A stretch of 20,000 nucleotides of DNA. It comes from Halocafeteria seosinensis (lineage: Eukaryota). Position 1 is the first letter of the stretch. The number at the start of each line of letters is the position of its first letter. Shown one piece after another: positions 1-11,868 of the stretch. The DNA lies in assembly GCA_001687465.1 (NCBI GenBank), contig LVLI01000304.1, forward strand, positions 48,046 to 68,045, read 5' to 3'. The notes below the pieces were generated by a model. It was not told the DNA's origin. It searched no databases and saw only the letters and a list, made by a program, of their open reading frames with translations. The position numbers and the translations under genes were made by a program.

Positions 1-677
1 GAAGCTTCCCGAAAGAAGCGTGCACCTCCATTGGATGTCAGTACCGTCGAGAAGAGTATGTGGGGATACGTCGTTCTTGTGCTTTCAGCAGTCTTACGAG
101 TAGGTATATGTGCCGTGCAGGTAAAGACAAGTGTACCAAGCGTGAGTCAACTCGCTTACTTGATCTCTGTAACTGCTTTCACTAATTGCTATTAAAGAAT
201 GTCGATGCAGTTTTGTCTAGAGTGCAGGGGTTCATTCAGCAGATGAGCACTGCCAACGAGAATCTGCACCAGACAATTTCCAGCGAAGGCAGAGAGGCTG
301 TCGATATTGAGGAAGTTGATGAGGGCCAGCAACACATTGAGATGGTAAGGTTAACATTGCTTCTTTCACTCAAGGTTTAACGGACTCGTAATTCGGAATC
401 TACATCAAGTCCCTTGGCGGTTCAGGACATTCAATTCGCAGAAATGAACTCAGACGCGGAGGCGGAAGATGAAGAGGAGGAGGAGGAGGAAGAAGGCAAG
501 GAAGCAACTTCGAAGGATGTAAACGAACACACGGTAATTGGTGGATCTTCAAACAAAGATATTGGACATGATGAAGGTGACAAAACGTCCGACTCTAATG
601 ATACAATCAATGTAAATACAAGAATCTGTCAGCGTCGGTCTAAACAGAAACCAGTAATTGAGGAATGTGAAGCCTAG
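1..677 (+). CDS. NOPCHAP1/C12orf45-like (DUF4598) protein, 5' partial; exons <1-55, 121-141, 211-344, 426-677
   Basis: GT-AG introns join in frame to ...LLSRVQGFIQQMSTANENL...VDIEEVDEGQQHIEM|DIQFAEM, then an acidic tract and C-terminal KPVIEE. This matches the DUF4598 pattern (L-R-Q-F--QM--AN--L ... IE ... I-M-D) from memory. Confidence 0.65.
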
Positions 678-902
678 CAATAGAATGGTTTTCATGGTGA
701 AAAGAATCCGCAGTACTCAGTGAATATTGGAAAGGACAAAACTAGGTTGACCCTGCCAGAGACGCCCGTATTTACCCCCAAGCCCTTGTTTGCTACTTCA
801 CGTTTCCCAAACTAAAATACTGAGGGCTCCAGACTGTGGTAGTGTAGCCGTACTGACAAAAGTCCGTCTATTTTTGGTTACCGTTGTTCCTACAGGAATG
901 AC

Positions 903-3490
903 CTATGCGTCCCTTACACCCGCTGGTGAGGACGGAACGGTGGCAGGTTGTACTGGTGCTCTTTCGGTCTCCTGAGGCAAACGCGCTTGACGCTCTCGTT
1001 CTAGTTGTGTTGTTTGTTTCCATCGCTCTAAGGACAGGGTTTCTTCACCATGAGAAATTGCATTCAGTTTCGCAAGGCTCAACCAGCAATGCATATATTC
1101 CTGGCTGATTGTCTCTCCACTCTGCTGCCGCGCTTCGACCATGTCTTGCTCGACCTGCTTCGTGACATCTTGAGACATGTTGGTGGCGATGTTTCGCACC
1201 GTAGCGAAGTATTTTCTAAGAGCAGTTAACTGCTGCTCACTAAATTCAGGCAATCGGATGGCGGCGTTTTTTAAATTGTTCTGCGCTGCCTCTGATAATG
1301 GCAGCCGGATGTCAACCGGCAGCAGCGACCTCCCAGCTGTCAAAGAGAGCACGGCGATATCAACAGGGAAATCGACCATGTGATACTCAAAATCATACTT
1401 CAGTGAGGCGGTGTTCATCACGTTTGCCAGTGCTTGAATATTTTTGACACCGGTCTCATCGAGTTTCCCAGTGTGCATCACTGTCTCGTCAACGAGCAGA
1501 TGGCTGCCCGCCGGTAATTGAAGAACACCAGCATTTAAGCGGTTGGTCTCGTAGGACTTTTTAGGGTTGAAACGAAGACCATTGAGGTTATTAAGTCGCA
1601 TGGGCAAAATAATACTCCTTGGAACAATGTTGCTAATGCATTGCGCAAGTCTCTTTCCGGCGGTACTTCCTCCATCAACTAACGGCAGTGTAGGATCCGC
1701 TGGCGCCGGCGGAATAACCGAACTATTACTCTGCCCGGATGGGCTACGTTGCTGATGAGAACTTTGTCCCTGTGTCGGATTCTGCTCTGAGCCCTGTTGT
1801 TCGGAACCCTGCTGACTCTGAGAACCTTCATTTTGTTGACTTCTCCGCTGGTGATCTTGCCACTCGCGAACTCTCCGCTGTTCCTCCTGGGCGCGGGCAA
1901 TAGTTTCAGGAGTGTCGGATGATTCATCCGGAGCACCGGATAGGTTAACTGATGTTTTTCCAAGAGCCATCCCTTCTGCTCGAGACGTAATCCGTGAAAG
2001 AATGTTAAACAAAATGTACTCTGCAGCAAGTGGGTCATCTCCAATACATGTAGAAAAGTATTGAACCAGCTGCGCCCGCAGTTCAGATATGGAGCAACCT
2101 GTAGATTGCGTGAGTTCACTGAGCGACGAGTGAGCAGTGGAAGCAAGGGTTTTTTCGTTTTCTACTGAAATCTGGATTTCCTTTTGTTTCCGCTGTTTTT
2201 CTGCTTCACTTCCACGCTTTGTAACTTGATCGTTTTCCTGTCCGGCTGACAGAGCAAACGTCCCTGTGCTTGAGGACATTGGGGGTTGCAGTGTAGGGAA
2301 AGTACTGGCGAGATGACGCCACACTACACATTGAACGCGTGGAACAAGACTAGCTGGAGGATTCTTTGCAAGTGCTTCGCCATCATTGGCCATTGCAAAT
2401 CTCATATCTATATCCTCCGCTGTGTCTCCTGGTTGCGGATACGCCGATCCGATCATCGATGCCTCCCCTGTAAGCTGCGGGTCTACACTTAGCACACCGA
2501 CTACCTCCACCATATCTCCCACCTTTAACCCAGTAACTTCATCACAGTAGAATCTCACGAGACACGGTAGCTCGGTCTCGTCCGGGAGAGGATAGTAAGA
2601 CTTCAGAGCCTCAATTTCCGAATCGCCTTGGGGTTGCGTAGAGTTGTCCGCAGCACTAGCCCTAGTGTCTCCACTTCGTTTCGACGATAAACCCTCTTCG
2701 TTTGCGCCGAGTCTTTTCGTACCTTGTCCGCCAGTTGATCCGCTAAGATCTTCGTCCTCTTGCTCCATTGGTCTCTTCCGGGACGCCTTTGCCTGATCTG
2801 GGCTGTCGGCTACCGGAGCACTAAATTGGTTGTCGGCAATGGTAGATGAACGTGCCCAACTTGCTTCACCAGGGATGGGAACCAAGTAATACGGTACCCT
2901 GTGCAACATACCACTCCTTGTCAACAGCAGAGAATTAGCATGGTGACCAGTCTGGAAGCTCACCTCGACTGCAACTGCTTCCCCTCCATATCGCTGGAAG
3001 ACGGTGGATTAAACGTATCTTGATATTTTGTGGGAAATAGCTTGGTTTCTGCAGGCAGGTAGAAAGAAAGAATATCTTCAGATAGTTTGACTGGCGTGCG
3101 TGTGGGCACTCACCTCCCGAGGGTGTTGTCACTTGGTGGACGGCCTGAAAGTATTCAGGAGAGAACATATCCTGTACCATCCCACGGTAACGGACGAAAG
3201 TGTTAGGTGCCAAAAACCCTTGTTGCAAATTCTTTCGGTTCACCACGGGAATCTGCGATAGAGAGGGGAGAAAACATGCACGTGAGTCTGACTTCATGTC
3301 CCGGTGCTGACTGACGCCCATATCTTACTCTTTCCAGGACATCGTCATCGATGCTTTTGCGAAATGTTTCCCCCACTCCCCAATCCTGTTCCTGAGGGAG
3401 TTGCCCATTATTCGCTTGCAAAGCTTGACTGAACTGGGCCTCGACAACTTGGAGAGGCCTCTGAAGCAAATCTTCCACTGCGTGAGCCAT
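903..3490 (-). CDS. MCMBP: Mini-chromosome maintenance complex-binding protein (~793 aa); exons 3490-3329, 3252-3114, 3048-2964, 2898-903
   Basis: Motifs VRYRGMVQDMFSPEYF, YLVPIPGEASW, LKVGDMVEVVGVLSVDP, NPPASLVPR, DPLAAEYILFNILS, PKKSYETNRLNAGVLQL, LLVDET, YDFEYH. Three GT-AG introns preserve frame (2382 nt). Confidence 0.93.
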
Positions 3491-3652
3491 GGTTTGTTTG
3501 AATGACCAAAGATTTCCGTAGAATGTATTCGACTATCTTTCCTTGCTGCAGCTAACGCAAGTCTGTAAGAGATTAACAAGACGTGCTGGCTTCAGGAACA
3601 CGGTGGGTTCGATCTCGTATCCTTGCTAGAGGACGGTGCTTTTTGAAATAGC

Positions 3653-3709
3653 CAGCTTCTGGCGCGCAAGCTGTCGCCCGTTGTAGATTGGTCCAAGCCG
3701 GCGCCAATC
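3653..3709. promoter_or_regulatory. Putative E2F-like sites plus inverted CCAAT pair upstream of MCMBP
   Basis: TGGCGCGCAA (3660-3669) inside CAGCTT...AAGCTG arms; GATTGG (3686-3691) and GGCGCCAATC (3700-3709); about 160-220 nt upstream of the MCMBP ATG. Confidence 0.4.
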
Positions 3710-3844
3710 TTCAAGTGCACACTGTTGAAATTCTAGCCGGGTACTTGACAAGACAACATGAGAAGTAGAGCAAATATAACAAAGAGTGAAAGCGTTTGAT
3801 GAAAAATCAGTGTATTGAGTAACAAATGTACAGCAAGTTCCCAG

Positions 3845-6800
3845 TTACTGGGATCGATGCTTCTGCAGGACCGAAAGTGAAAAACAAAATATTGGTGATG
3901 CGAATGATAAACGATGGACATATAGTATTTGAAACTCACCTTCGAAGAAGAGGAGTCCTCAGAAAGGGACTCAAGCTCTAGTTTACCTGCACTGCCATTC
4001 TCACGCTGTAGTGAGAAAGTTGACGCCGTCGATGGATGCCGATTTTGTGGGCGACTTCGCTTTTGACTACTTGTAGATTCCTTTGCTTTCTTCTTCCTAT
4101 TTTGTGACTTAGGTCTCATTGATTCATTCTCTCTTTCCACCAAACGCATTAGTTGGTCACAGCGCTTCGCTAATTCTGCACTAGTTCTCGATTTGATAAA
4201 CCAGTCAAAGCGGAACGCATACGCTTGTCTGATCTGCACTCGCAGCGCGTCCCATTGACCATAGCCAAGTTCGTTAACCATGCATAGGAGAAAGCGATCG
4301 TGTTCTTCAGTGAATCCTTTTTTGCTAATTCCTTTACCCGTAGAAGGTAACGTCAAAGTGTTATAGGGATCTGGGTGCCTGGAGATCTTTTCAGCAAGCT
4401 CTGCTTCTACTCGTCGTTGCCTTTCAATCTTTTCTTCACCCTTACGGATTCGGTTTAGCAACTTCTCCCATCCCGTAATCCTTTTGTAGTTCTTCCAGAA
4501 TGCACGATAGTATTCCCGTACTTCATCTTCAGTCTTGCCGGTACCACTCGACACATCTTCGACGATGTCGTCGAGATTATCTCTTCCGTTATTTTCGCAT
4601 GCTTTGATGAACTGACTGAAGTCATGCTTATTCCAACTCCCAAACCCGTGTTGGAGAAGCTTTTCTTTTTCCTCCTTCTCTTCATCAGAAAGCTGCAGTT
4701 TCTCTAATTCAGCTTTAATTTGTTCACTTCGTGGTGTCTCTTCAATAGTTTTTTCGTAGTCTCTTTCGGCTTTATCCCGAGCTTCGGACTCTGAGTAGCC
4801 TTCACTGGCATACTGATTGTAAAGACTACGAATACCCTTCTTCCGTTGATGTGCTTCAGTTTTCGACACCTCCTTCAATTCTTGCTGCAATGTGTGGGCC
4901 TTTACTGCAAGGTCATTTTGCTTTTCGTAAAGCTTTCGTAGTCTATCGTGATCAAAGAACTGGTGTTCTTGAAAGTTAGGGATCTTAATTACTCTGCCTG
5001 ATTCCTTGATGCTACTCCGGCCTTTCGCAGTGTTCAGTATTTCACGATAGTAAGCGGAAACATCGTAATTTTGCTTCCGCTGACGTTGGGGAAGATTAAT
5101 GAAGTTGAGATCTTCCGTCTTTCGGGACTGCTTTTGCCGGTTCATGGTTCCAGAGAATTCCCCTATTTCATAGACGGATTTATCCGCCAAGGAGGCAGAG
5201 TCCAAACTAAAGTTACTCAGGTTATGACTCATGTCTCTCTTAATTTTTTCATTTAGTTGCTGGGTTTTCTCCTCACCCCGGGCCAGAATAGCATCGACAT
5301 CCTCGTCTGTTACAACAGCTCGATCGGATCGGAAAATTTCGTCGGCACCAAACCGGACCATTTGCATCATTTCGTCCTTAGATAACTGCTTATTCTGCTC
5401 CATTAGCCGGCCTTGTTGCACAATCGCAGCGTCAAGATACAGTTTTCTCTCCGCTCGCTCAATGATCTTCTCTTCTATGGTACTTTCCGTGATGAAACGG
5501 AATACTCGGACTTGTTTTGTTTGTCCTATACGGTGTGCCCTATCTTGAGCCTGTAAGTCCATCTGAGGATTCCAGTCGCTATCGTACAGAATGACTACAT
5601 CGGCGGTATACAAGTTGATTCCTAAGCCACCAGCTCTAGTGGACAGAAGAAAGACAAATTTGGAGGAATTTTTGGCGTTAAAATCTTCCATCATTTGGTC
5701 TCGGTCTTCACTTTGAGTGTTGCCGTCAATGCGACAATACTCGTAATCCTGTGCTAGCAGAAAATCCTCAAGAATGTCCAGCATCCGTGTCATCTGCAGA
5801 ACAACCGAATACGCAACTTCCAGATATCGAGTGTCTTCAAACGCTGAACAGAAGTGCAGCACTTACTTGACTGAAGATCAATATTCGCGAGCCTTGCTGT
5901 TTTAGCTTGGGCAATAGCTTGTTTAACAGAAGCATTTTCCCCGCATTCTCCCAAAGATGAGGTCCATTATTATAGGGTGGTCCAGGTTCGGCCCCTTCGA
6001 ATAGGTACGGGTGGTTACATACTTTTCGTAACTGCATGAGGATATTTAATAGGCGGACCTTATCTGGGCCACCGATTTGATTCAGCGATGTTGCATCTTT
6101 CGTTAAGATTTTTTGATACCAGTCCCTTTGCATCTGTGTCATCCCGACATATAACTTAGTTTCAACCTTCGGAGGGAGGGATTTCTCAACATCACTCTTC
6201 AGACGACGGAGCAAGAATGGCTTCAAAATCTGCATCGAACAGAGCAAACATTGAAATAGCATGTAGGGACAACTAAAAGATAAGGAGGAAACATACCGTG
6301 TGTAACTTCTGGATAACTGTATCTCGCATTCCTCCGTCGTCTGCGTTGAACCATTGATCGAAGTCATCAGCATCACCGAAGACGTCTGGTAACAAAAAGT
6401 TCAGCAAAGCCCACAATTCATGCAAGTTATTCTGCAAAGGAGTTCCTGTAAGAAGTAGGCGATTCTGAGAATCTAAATTACGAACTTCCTTCGAGAGAGC
6501 AGACTTCTCATTCTTAATTCGATGAGCTTCATCAATGATGATATAACGCCATTGAAATTTGCGGAATGCCGCCTTCTCTATTATAACAGTTTCGTAGGTT
6601 GTAACCACCACTTCGTAATGGCCACTCATCAGCTCTTGAGTAACTAATCTCTTCCTCTCTTCTTTCTGTCCCTGAAGCCGCAACACTCTAAAACTGGGAC
6701 ACCATTTCTTAAATTCTCGGTACCAGTTGCCCATTGTACTCTTGGGCACAATGATGAGATGAGGTCCGTTTATCTGCCGGTACTGTTTCAAGAAGGCCAG

Positions 6801-7530
6801 CAAGGCGATTGTCTGGATTGTTTTCCCGAGACCCATTTCATCAGCCAATATTCCACTAATACCTGTATCGTATAGACCAACCAACCAGTTCAGTCCTTCG
6901 ATCTGGTAATCACGCAAGTTTCCTCCTTCCATGATTGTAGGCTGACTACTGACACGCATCCCCGAGTTACTATCCATCGCAGCAGCGACGAGGGCATTGT
7001 CCTCCTCTTCTTCGGTGAGACGGTGATGTGCACGGTGCACATCCTTCGACTTCCCCTTATTTCCTTTCTTCCCTTTCTTGGTTGACGTGGTATCGGCATC
7101 GGCAGTGGTGTTTTCCCCGGACATAAAATGCGAAAACACCTCCGCTTGTTGCATCTGCAATCGGCCACAAAATACCACCAGGAAAAACAAGTTAATTGGG
7201 CTATCAATGCTCAAAATTCTTCGTTCCTGGTTTGCAACGTACCAAGAATTCTAGACGCCTTTGAGACTTGAGCTCGTTTTCACGCTCCACCTTAGCCATC
7301 TGTTTATCTTTCACGTCCTTGAGTTTTTCCAATTGAGCTTGCCTTTTACTTTTCGCTCGCTTAGCCTCTTCATCCTCCAGCTTGTACTCGACTTCCACGT
7401 TAGCATCATCATCATTGCTATCGTCGACTGTCTGATTAATGCGCTCTTCTTCCTCCTTATCTTCCTCCTCCTCATGTTTACTCGACGCTGACGAGGCTGA
7501 GGAGCTCATTTTCTCACTCTTTGAGCTCAT
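3845..7530 (-). CDS. ISWI: ISWI-family SNF2 chromatin-remodelling ATPase (~1126 aa); exons 7530-7243, 7154-6297, 6229-5867, 5793-3940, 3862-3845
   Basis: [88 protein letters not shown] region ([32 protein letters not shown]). Four phase-0 GT-AG introns (3381 nt). Confidence 0.96.
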
Positions 7531-7587
7531 GGCACCACCAATAAATGTTCAATAAACCCAATATCCAAGTAAAAGAACCAAAAAAGC

Positions 7588-7679
7588 CTGCAAAAAGGGA
7601 GTATTGAGGGCTCAGTAAATTCCAAAACCATGCACATGCTGTTCCCATGTACCAACGATATAAGAACTATTTGGCTTAC
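7588..7679 (-). other. Probable 5'-UTR intron of ISWI
   Basis: Strong donor AG|GTAAG at 7679 and pyrimidine-rich acceptor CCCTTTTTGCAG ending at 7588; 92 nt, ending 57 nt before the ISWI ATG. Confidence 0.55.
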
Positions 7680-8538
7680 CTTTGTCATTAAAGGAACAAA
7701 CAAACAAACAATTCGCTACTTGAATGAAACATGTATTGATGATACCACCATGAAACAATACTATTGATGTGTCTATCCCTCGATTCCTCTCTGTAGCTGC
7801 TTTGAAAAACGAAAGGAATCGGGACGGGTCACTCGTAAGGGGAAGGCCCAGGGGAGCAAAAGAGGTCATTGGACCACATTTCAAATCAAGGTGACTCTCG
7901 GAAAGGAATCCAAGTGTTGGGTTTCAGATATGAATGATTTCGACCAAACGTACTGGAAAATGAGTTTCGACTCTCAGATCGTTTCATTCAACTTTGGAAA
8001 AACGTACAGTGATGCGCGGGTTACAATTCCACCAATTGGTTGGATTCCCGACGGTCGTTAGTATGTTGTCACGTTTACACTCACGCAACCAAGCCTTTTT
8101 GCGCTGCGATAGCATTTTGAAGAATGGCTAGCTTGATGGCGCAACAGACACATTTTATCTTCCCGGAGATCCTTGCAGCAGAGTGAAACCAGTCTTACGA
8201 ACGAATTCAAATCACTTTCTGAAGACGGATACATTATGCCAGAGTGAATGCTGCTTATGCAGACGACATCATACAGGAAGTTCCAGTATGAAGTGACACC
8301 TCGGAGCTGCCTGGGTAGTGCTACTGCCGGCCGTCAATGTGTCCTTGGGATAGTGCGCCTTGGCAGCGGTGGCAAACACCCATTTGTACTGGTATATTAG
8401 TCCGCAAACTGGAACGGAATATAAACTTGCGGTCCTTACACCCAGGCGTATAGCTTGTTTAGTCTTGCTCGAAGACCACCAGCAGAGGTGTATTCGACAT
8501 CTACCGCTTCTCTTCATTCATTGTACCTTGTTTCTAGC

Positions 8539-9128
8539 TCAAAATTTGCTATACGAACCATATGCGTCCAAATCCTTCTTAGCACACCTGACGAAGGCAG
8601 CTCGACGGCCACTATCGATCTCTCCTGGCTCAAGCTGCAGTAAAGAATCTAATTTCGTGGACTGTCAATGAGCAAGCATAACGAAGAATAGGCTTACAGG
8701 ATTGTCCCCATATACTTTGTCATAACACACTTTAGATATGCACTCGTTCACACAATTGTCATTCTCCAAGGGGTGAATATGAGAGCAGGAATCTTCGCAA
8801 GCCTTGCTGCGTTTCCAGAATTTTGTAAGCTGTGGGAGCCACGAATACTTCGTTCAGCAACCAAGTAACGATACATCAGTACGATATTGCTTACTACTTT
8901 TCTCTTGCTCTCGTTCCTTCTTCGTCGCTTCCCTTCCACAAGTGACAAGCCGAATCCCAAATTCCAGTTGGCGGATAGCTTGCCTAGTGCCGTAGGAGGA
9001 TACCACGACGATACAAGCATGACCTCATCGCCACAGTTTCTAATCGGGCGCGTGTTGGGGCAAAGTAATATCAGGTACAGCGCCAGCAATACTATTGTGG
9101 ATTGCTTCACGGACTGGCGGCAGCTCAT
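8539..9128 (-). CDS. DUF4787-like small Cys-rich protein, probably secreted (~153 aa); exons 9128-8895, 8829-8698, 8634-8539
   Basis: Spliced translation ...VEGKRRRRNESKRKV|LTKFWKRSKACEDSCSHIHPLENDNCVNECISKVCYDKVYGDNP|LEPGEIDSGRRAAFVRCAKK matches the DUF4787 signature NCV--C-S--CY---Y---PLE-GEID--R---F--C. Both introns are GTAAGC...CAG, phase 0. Hydrophobic N-terminus (IVLLALYLILL). Exact 5' and 3' ends are uncertain. Confidence 0.78.
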
Positions 9129-9498
9129 CTTCTCGTCCGTCAAACTTAGCGCTGACGATTCCACTACGTTAGCCTTTTACCTCCAATTCAACGGAAGCGG
9201 AGGCTGACGAGACCTCCTAATTCCGTATCTATTGCGTAAATACAGAGTGTTACTACGCACCCACCAAGTTTCCGAAGGAGTCCGTGCAAACTTTGCGCAA
9301 GATCTTAATGTAGAAACTTCAAAAATCCAGTGTTTCGGACGGGTCTCCCCCAAAACAGTCAATATTTAGCGTGATTTGACCCAAACGATTCCCTGAAATT
9401 ATTCTTGAATAGGTTCTTTGAAGAGTATTCCAGAGATTCCATAAGCAGGGACTCCTTCATATTTCGTACACGCAGCAGTATAAAGGGCAAAAGTAAAC

Positions 9499-10486
9499 AT
9501 GGTAAGGAACCGTTAACGGGAAGCACTGCCCCCCCTTCCAGACCCCCCTGAAAATACTTTTTGTAGTTTACCATACACCATACGGATCGCCTTCTGGCAT
9601 CTACATGGACCTTATTATGCACAGTCGGATGGATGGATTTGTTGGGGTATCGTGTTAGAACGCATATGAAATGTGAGCAAGTATAGAGTGGGAGACAGAG
9701 GGGGGAATTGGCTGCTCAAGAACCCTTTTGAACTGGATCCACTACCGAGTAGCTCTACCGATTGAATACTGTACTTAACAGGCTTGATGATAGTATTGGT
9801 CTTACCTAATTTGTTTTATATGTATGCAGGCACTACGTCGCTCAGGAGCCGCCAGTGGCAAAGACCGCAAGGCCAAGTTCGAACTCACGGAGGAGCAAAA
9901 ACAGGAAATTCGTGAAGCTTTTGATCTCTTTGATACAGATGGCTCAGGTAAAATGAGTTTGAGGTTTCTTGTACAACAAGGATATTAGCTTTACAAAATC
10001 TTGGTCCTCGAACTTTGTGATGAAATGGCAGGTACTATTGACGCTAAGGAGTTAAAAGTTGCAATGAGGGCGCTCGGATTCGAACCCAAGAAGGAAGAAA
10101 TTAAGAAAATGATAAGTGACATCGATAAGGACGGTAATGGTACAATTGATTTCCAAGAGTTCTTGGAAATGATGACGTCTAAAATGGTACGTGCTTCTGT
10201 ACACTTCCTCTTTCTTCATGCATGTTTTACCTGTTGGCTATTTTATGCCTACTGGCAGAGCGAGAAAGACTCCAGAGAAGAAATCTTGAAAGCATTCAGA
10301 TTGTTTGATGATGATGAAACGGGGAAAATATCTTTCCGTAACTTGAAGCGAGTTGCAAAGGAACTTGGAGAAAACATGACCGATGAAGAGCTCGCTGAGA
10401 TGATCGAAGAAGCTGACAGAGACGGTGATGGAGAAATAAACGAAGAAGATTTCTTGAGGATAATGAAAAAGACCAGTTTGTACTGA
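9499..10486 (+). CDS. CETN: Centrin (caltractin), 167 aa; exons 9499-9501 (ATG only, inferred), 9830-9947, 10032-10186, 10259-10486
   Basis: [46 protein letters not shown]...[30 protein letters not shown]...MKKTSLY; four EF-hands. ATG|GTAAGG supplies the phase-0 start and gives a typical centrin length. Confidence 0.95.
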
Positions 10487-10929
10487 GATTGTATGCGTCA
10501 GCTAAGACCGGAGAGCTGATGACAATGCACGTATCATGCCTCGTATATTATCCCGACCTTAATTTGTAGAAGTCCGAACGATGCGACATACGATAGACTA
10601 ACGTGAGTATAAATAAATTCATTCTAAGTGTACATACGAAATGACACAATTCCGACTTCTTTATCGGTCTTTGTTTACGTCACGCATACACATGTTACAT
10701 GCGTGGCGCCATTGGTTCTCGCACAGTGAACCTTCACACAGACTTGTTCTGTGTTCCCCGAACAAAAACTCCAGTATTCCATATTACTATGGCTTGTTGC
10801 ATCCGACCAGCAGTTACGATACCCGCGGTGAGGTGAATTCCCCAGAGGAATGAATGGTGCTTGAGTGGAACACGGTTGGGGATTCGAGTCTGCATTGGGA
10901 AACAGCATGCAGTGAAACAGTCAAAGAAA

Positions 10930-11868
10930 ATGACGCAGAACGGCCAGGTACACCCATATTCTTCTAATCCGTACAATAGAGGAAATGACGGTGATATGGA
11001 TGATTCCATGCGCGATGATGAGATAACCGGCTCGTCTTCATCCTCTTCTCTGCACTTGTTATTCGAAGATGGTCTCCCGAAGGACTTCCAGACGAATTCC
11101 GTGGTACAGGTACGGCCCTGCATAAACGAAGCAAGCGACGGTGTTACGCCCTAAATAAATTTATTGAACGTCTTTCCTTCTCTTGCGAAACTGCAGGCCG
11201 CTATACATATAGATGATAGTGATAGTGACAACGAGTCGGAGGAATCGACAGACTCGCCGTCGTCAACAAAGTGCTGCGCCGCCGGTAGATCGGCCTCGCA
11301 GTCTTTCTCCCGGATGGCAGGAAGTCAGCAACAGACGCTAACCCCCTTTCCCTACAGAGATAAAGCCCATAATCGTTCGGTCGAATCATCTGCAGCTCCA
11401 TTCAGCACGAGTGTGTGTTCAACGTCCTTGTGTGCGTTTGAGGGAATGAACGTGCCTCGGCAACACAGTATAGAATGCGACGGTAATCAGCGTCCGAGGC
11501 GAAGTTATGAAACAGGACACTTAGACTCTACCGGTGGGGGTAAGACTCAAGAGAGTGCAAGGAGTAATAGAAGAACAAGATCCTGGAGTTTTGACGGAAC
11601 TGTCGGAAGTGACTATACATGGTCGGCAGCTAGTCATCCGTCTGTGGATGCCGCGAACATTCCTACTCCTTCTACCTTTAATACTAACCGCACTCGCAAA
11701 TGGAAGCATAAGTCAGGAGGACCAGCCTCGAGACGAAACCGGCCCACAAGAAGAGATGACTCTAGCCCTTACAGTAAAAATTTGCACGTCAAAAAGAAAC
11801 ACAAGCAACAGTACGATCGAGATGTAGACCGCGAACTGTCGCTCTACATGCACATGTGGAAGCTCTAG
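10930..11868 (+). CDS. Hypothetical low-complexity/disordered protein (~283 aa); exons 10930-11109, 11197-11868
   Basis: Two ORFs joined in frame by CAG|GTACGG...CTGCAG; Ser/Asp-rich with basic NLS-like patches (RKWKHK, KKKHK); AT-rich 3' region follows. No recognisable domain. Confidence 0.6.

Noticed and set aside
3733..3939. Hydrophobic C-terminal tail on ISWI in the ORF track
   Set aside because: Artefact of reading through the 3939-3863 intron; the spliced protein ends SSSSKKHRSQ*.
8113..8400. Plus-strand frame interrupted only by two TGA codons (possible selenoprotein or TGA recoding)
   Set aside because: No redox-type Sec context, no recognisable homology and no SECIS identified; TGA is a normal stop in centrin (10484-10486), and the conserved genes use TGG for Trp.
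8804..9207. Plus-strand ORFs 8804-8995 and 8887-9207, and many other short ORFs in the track
   Set aside because: Antisense or off-frame shadows of better-supported spliced genes.
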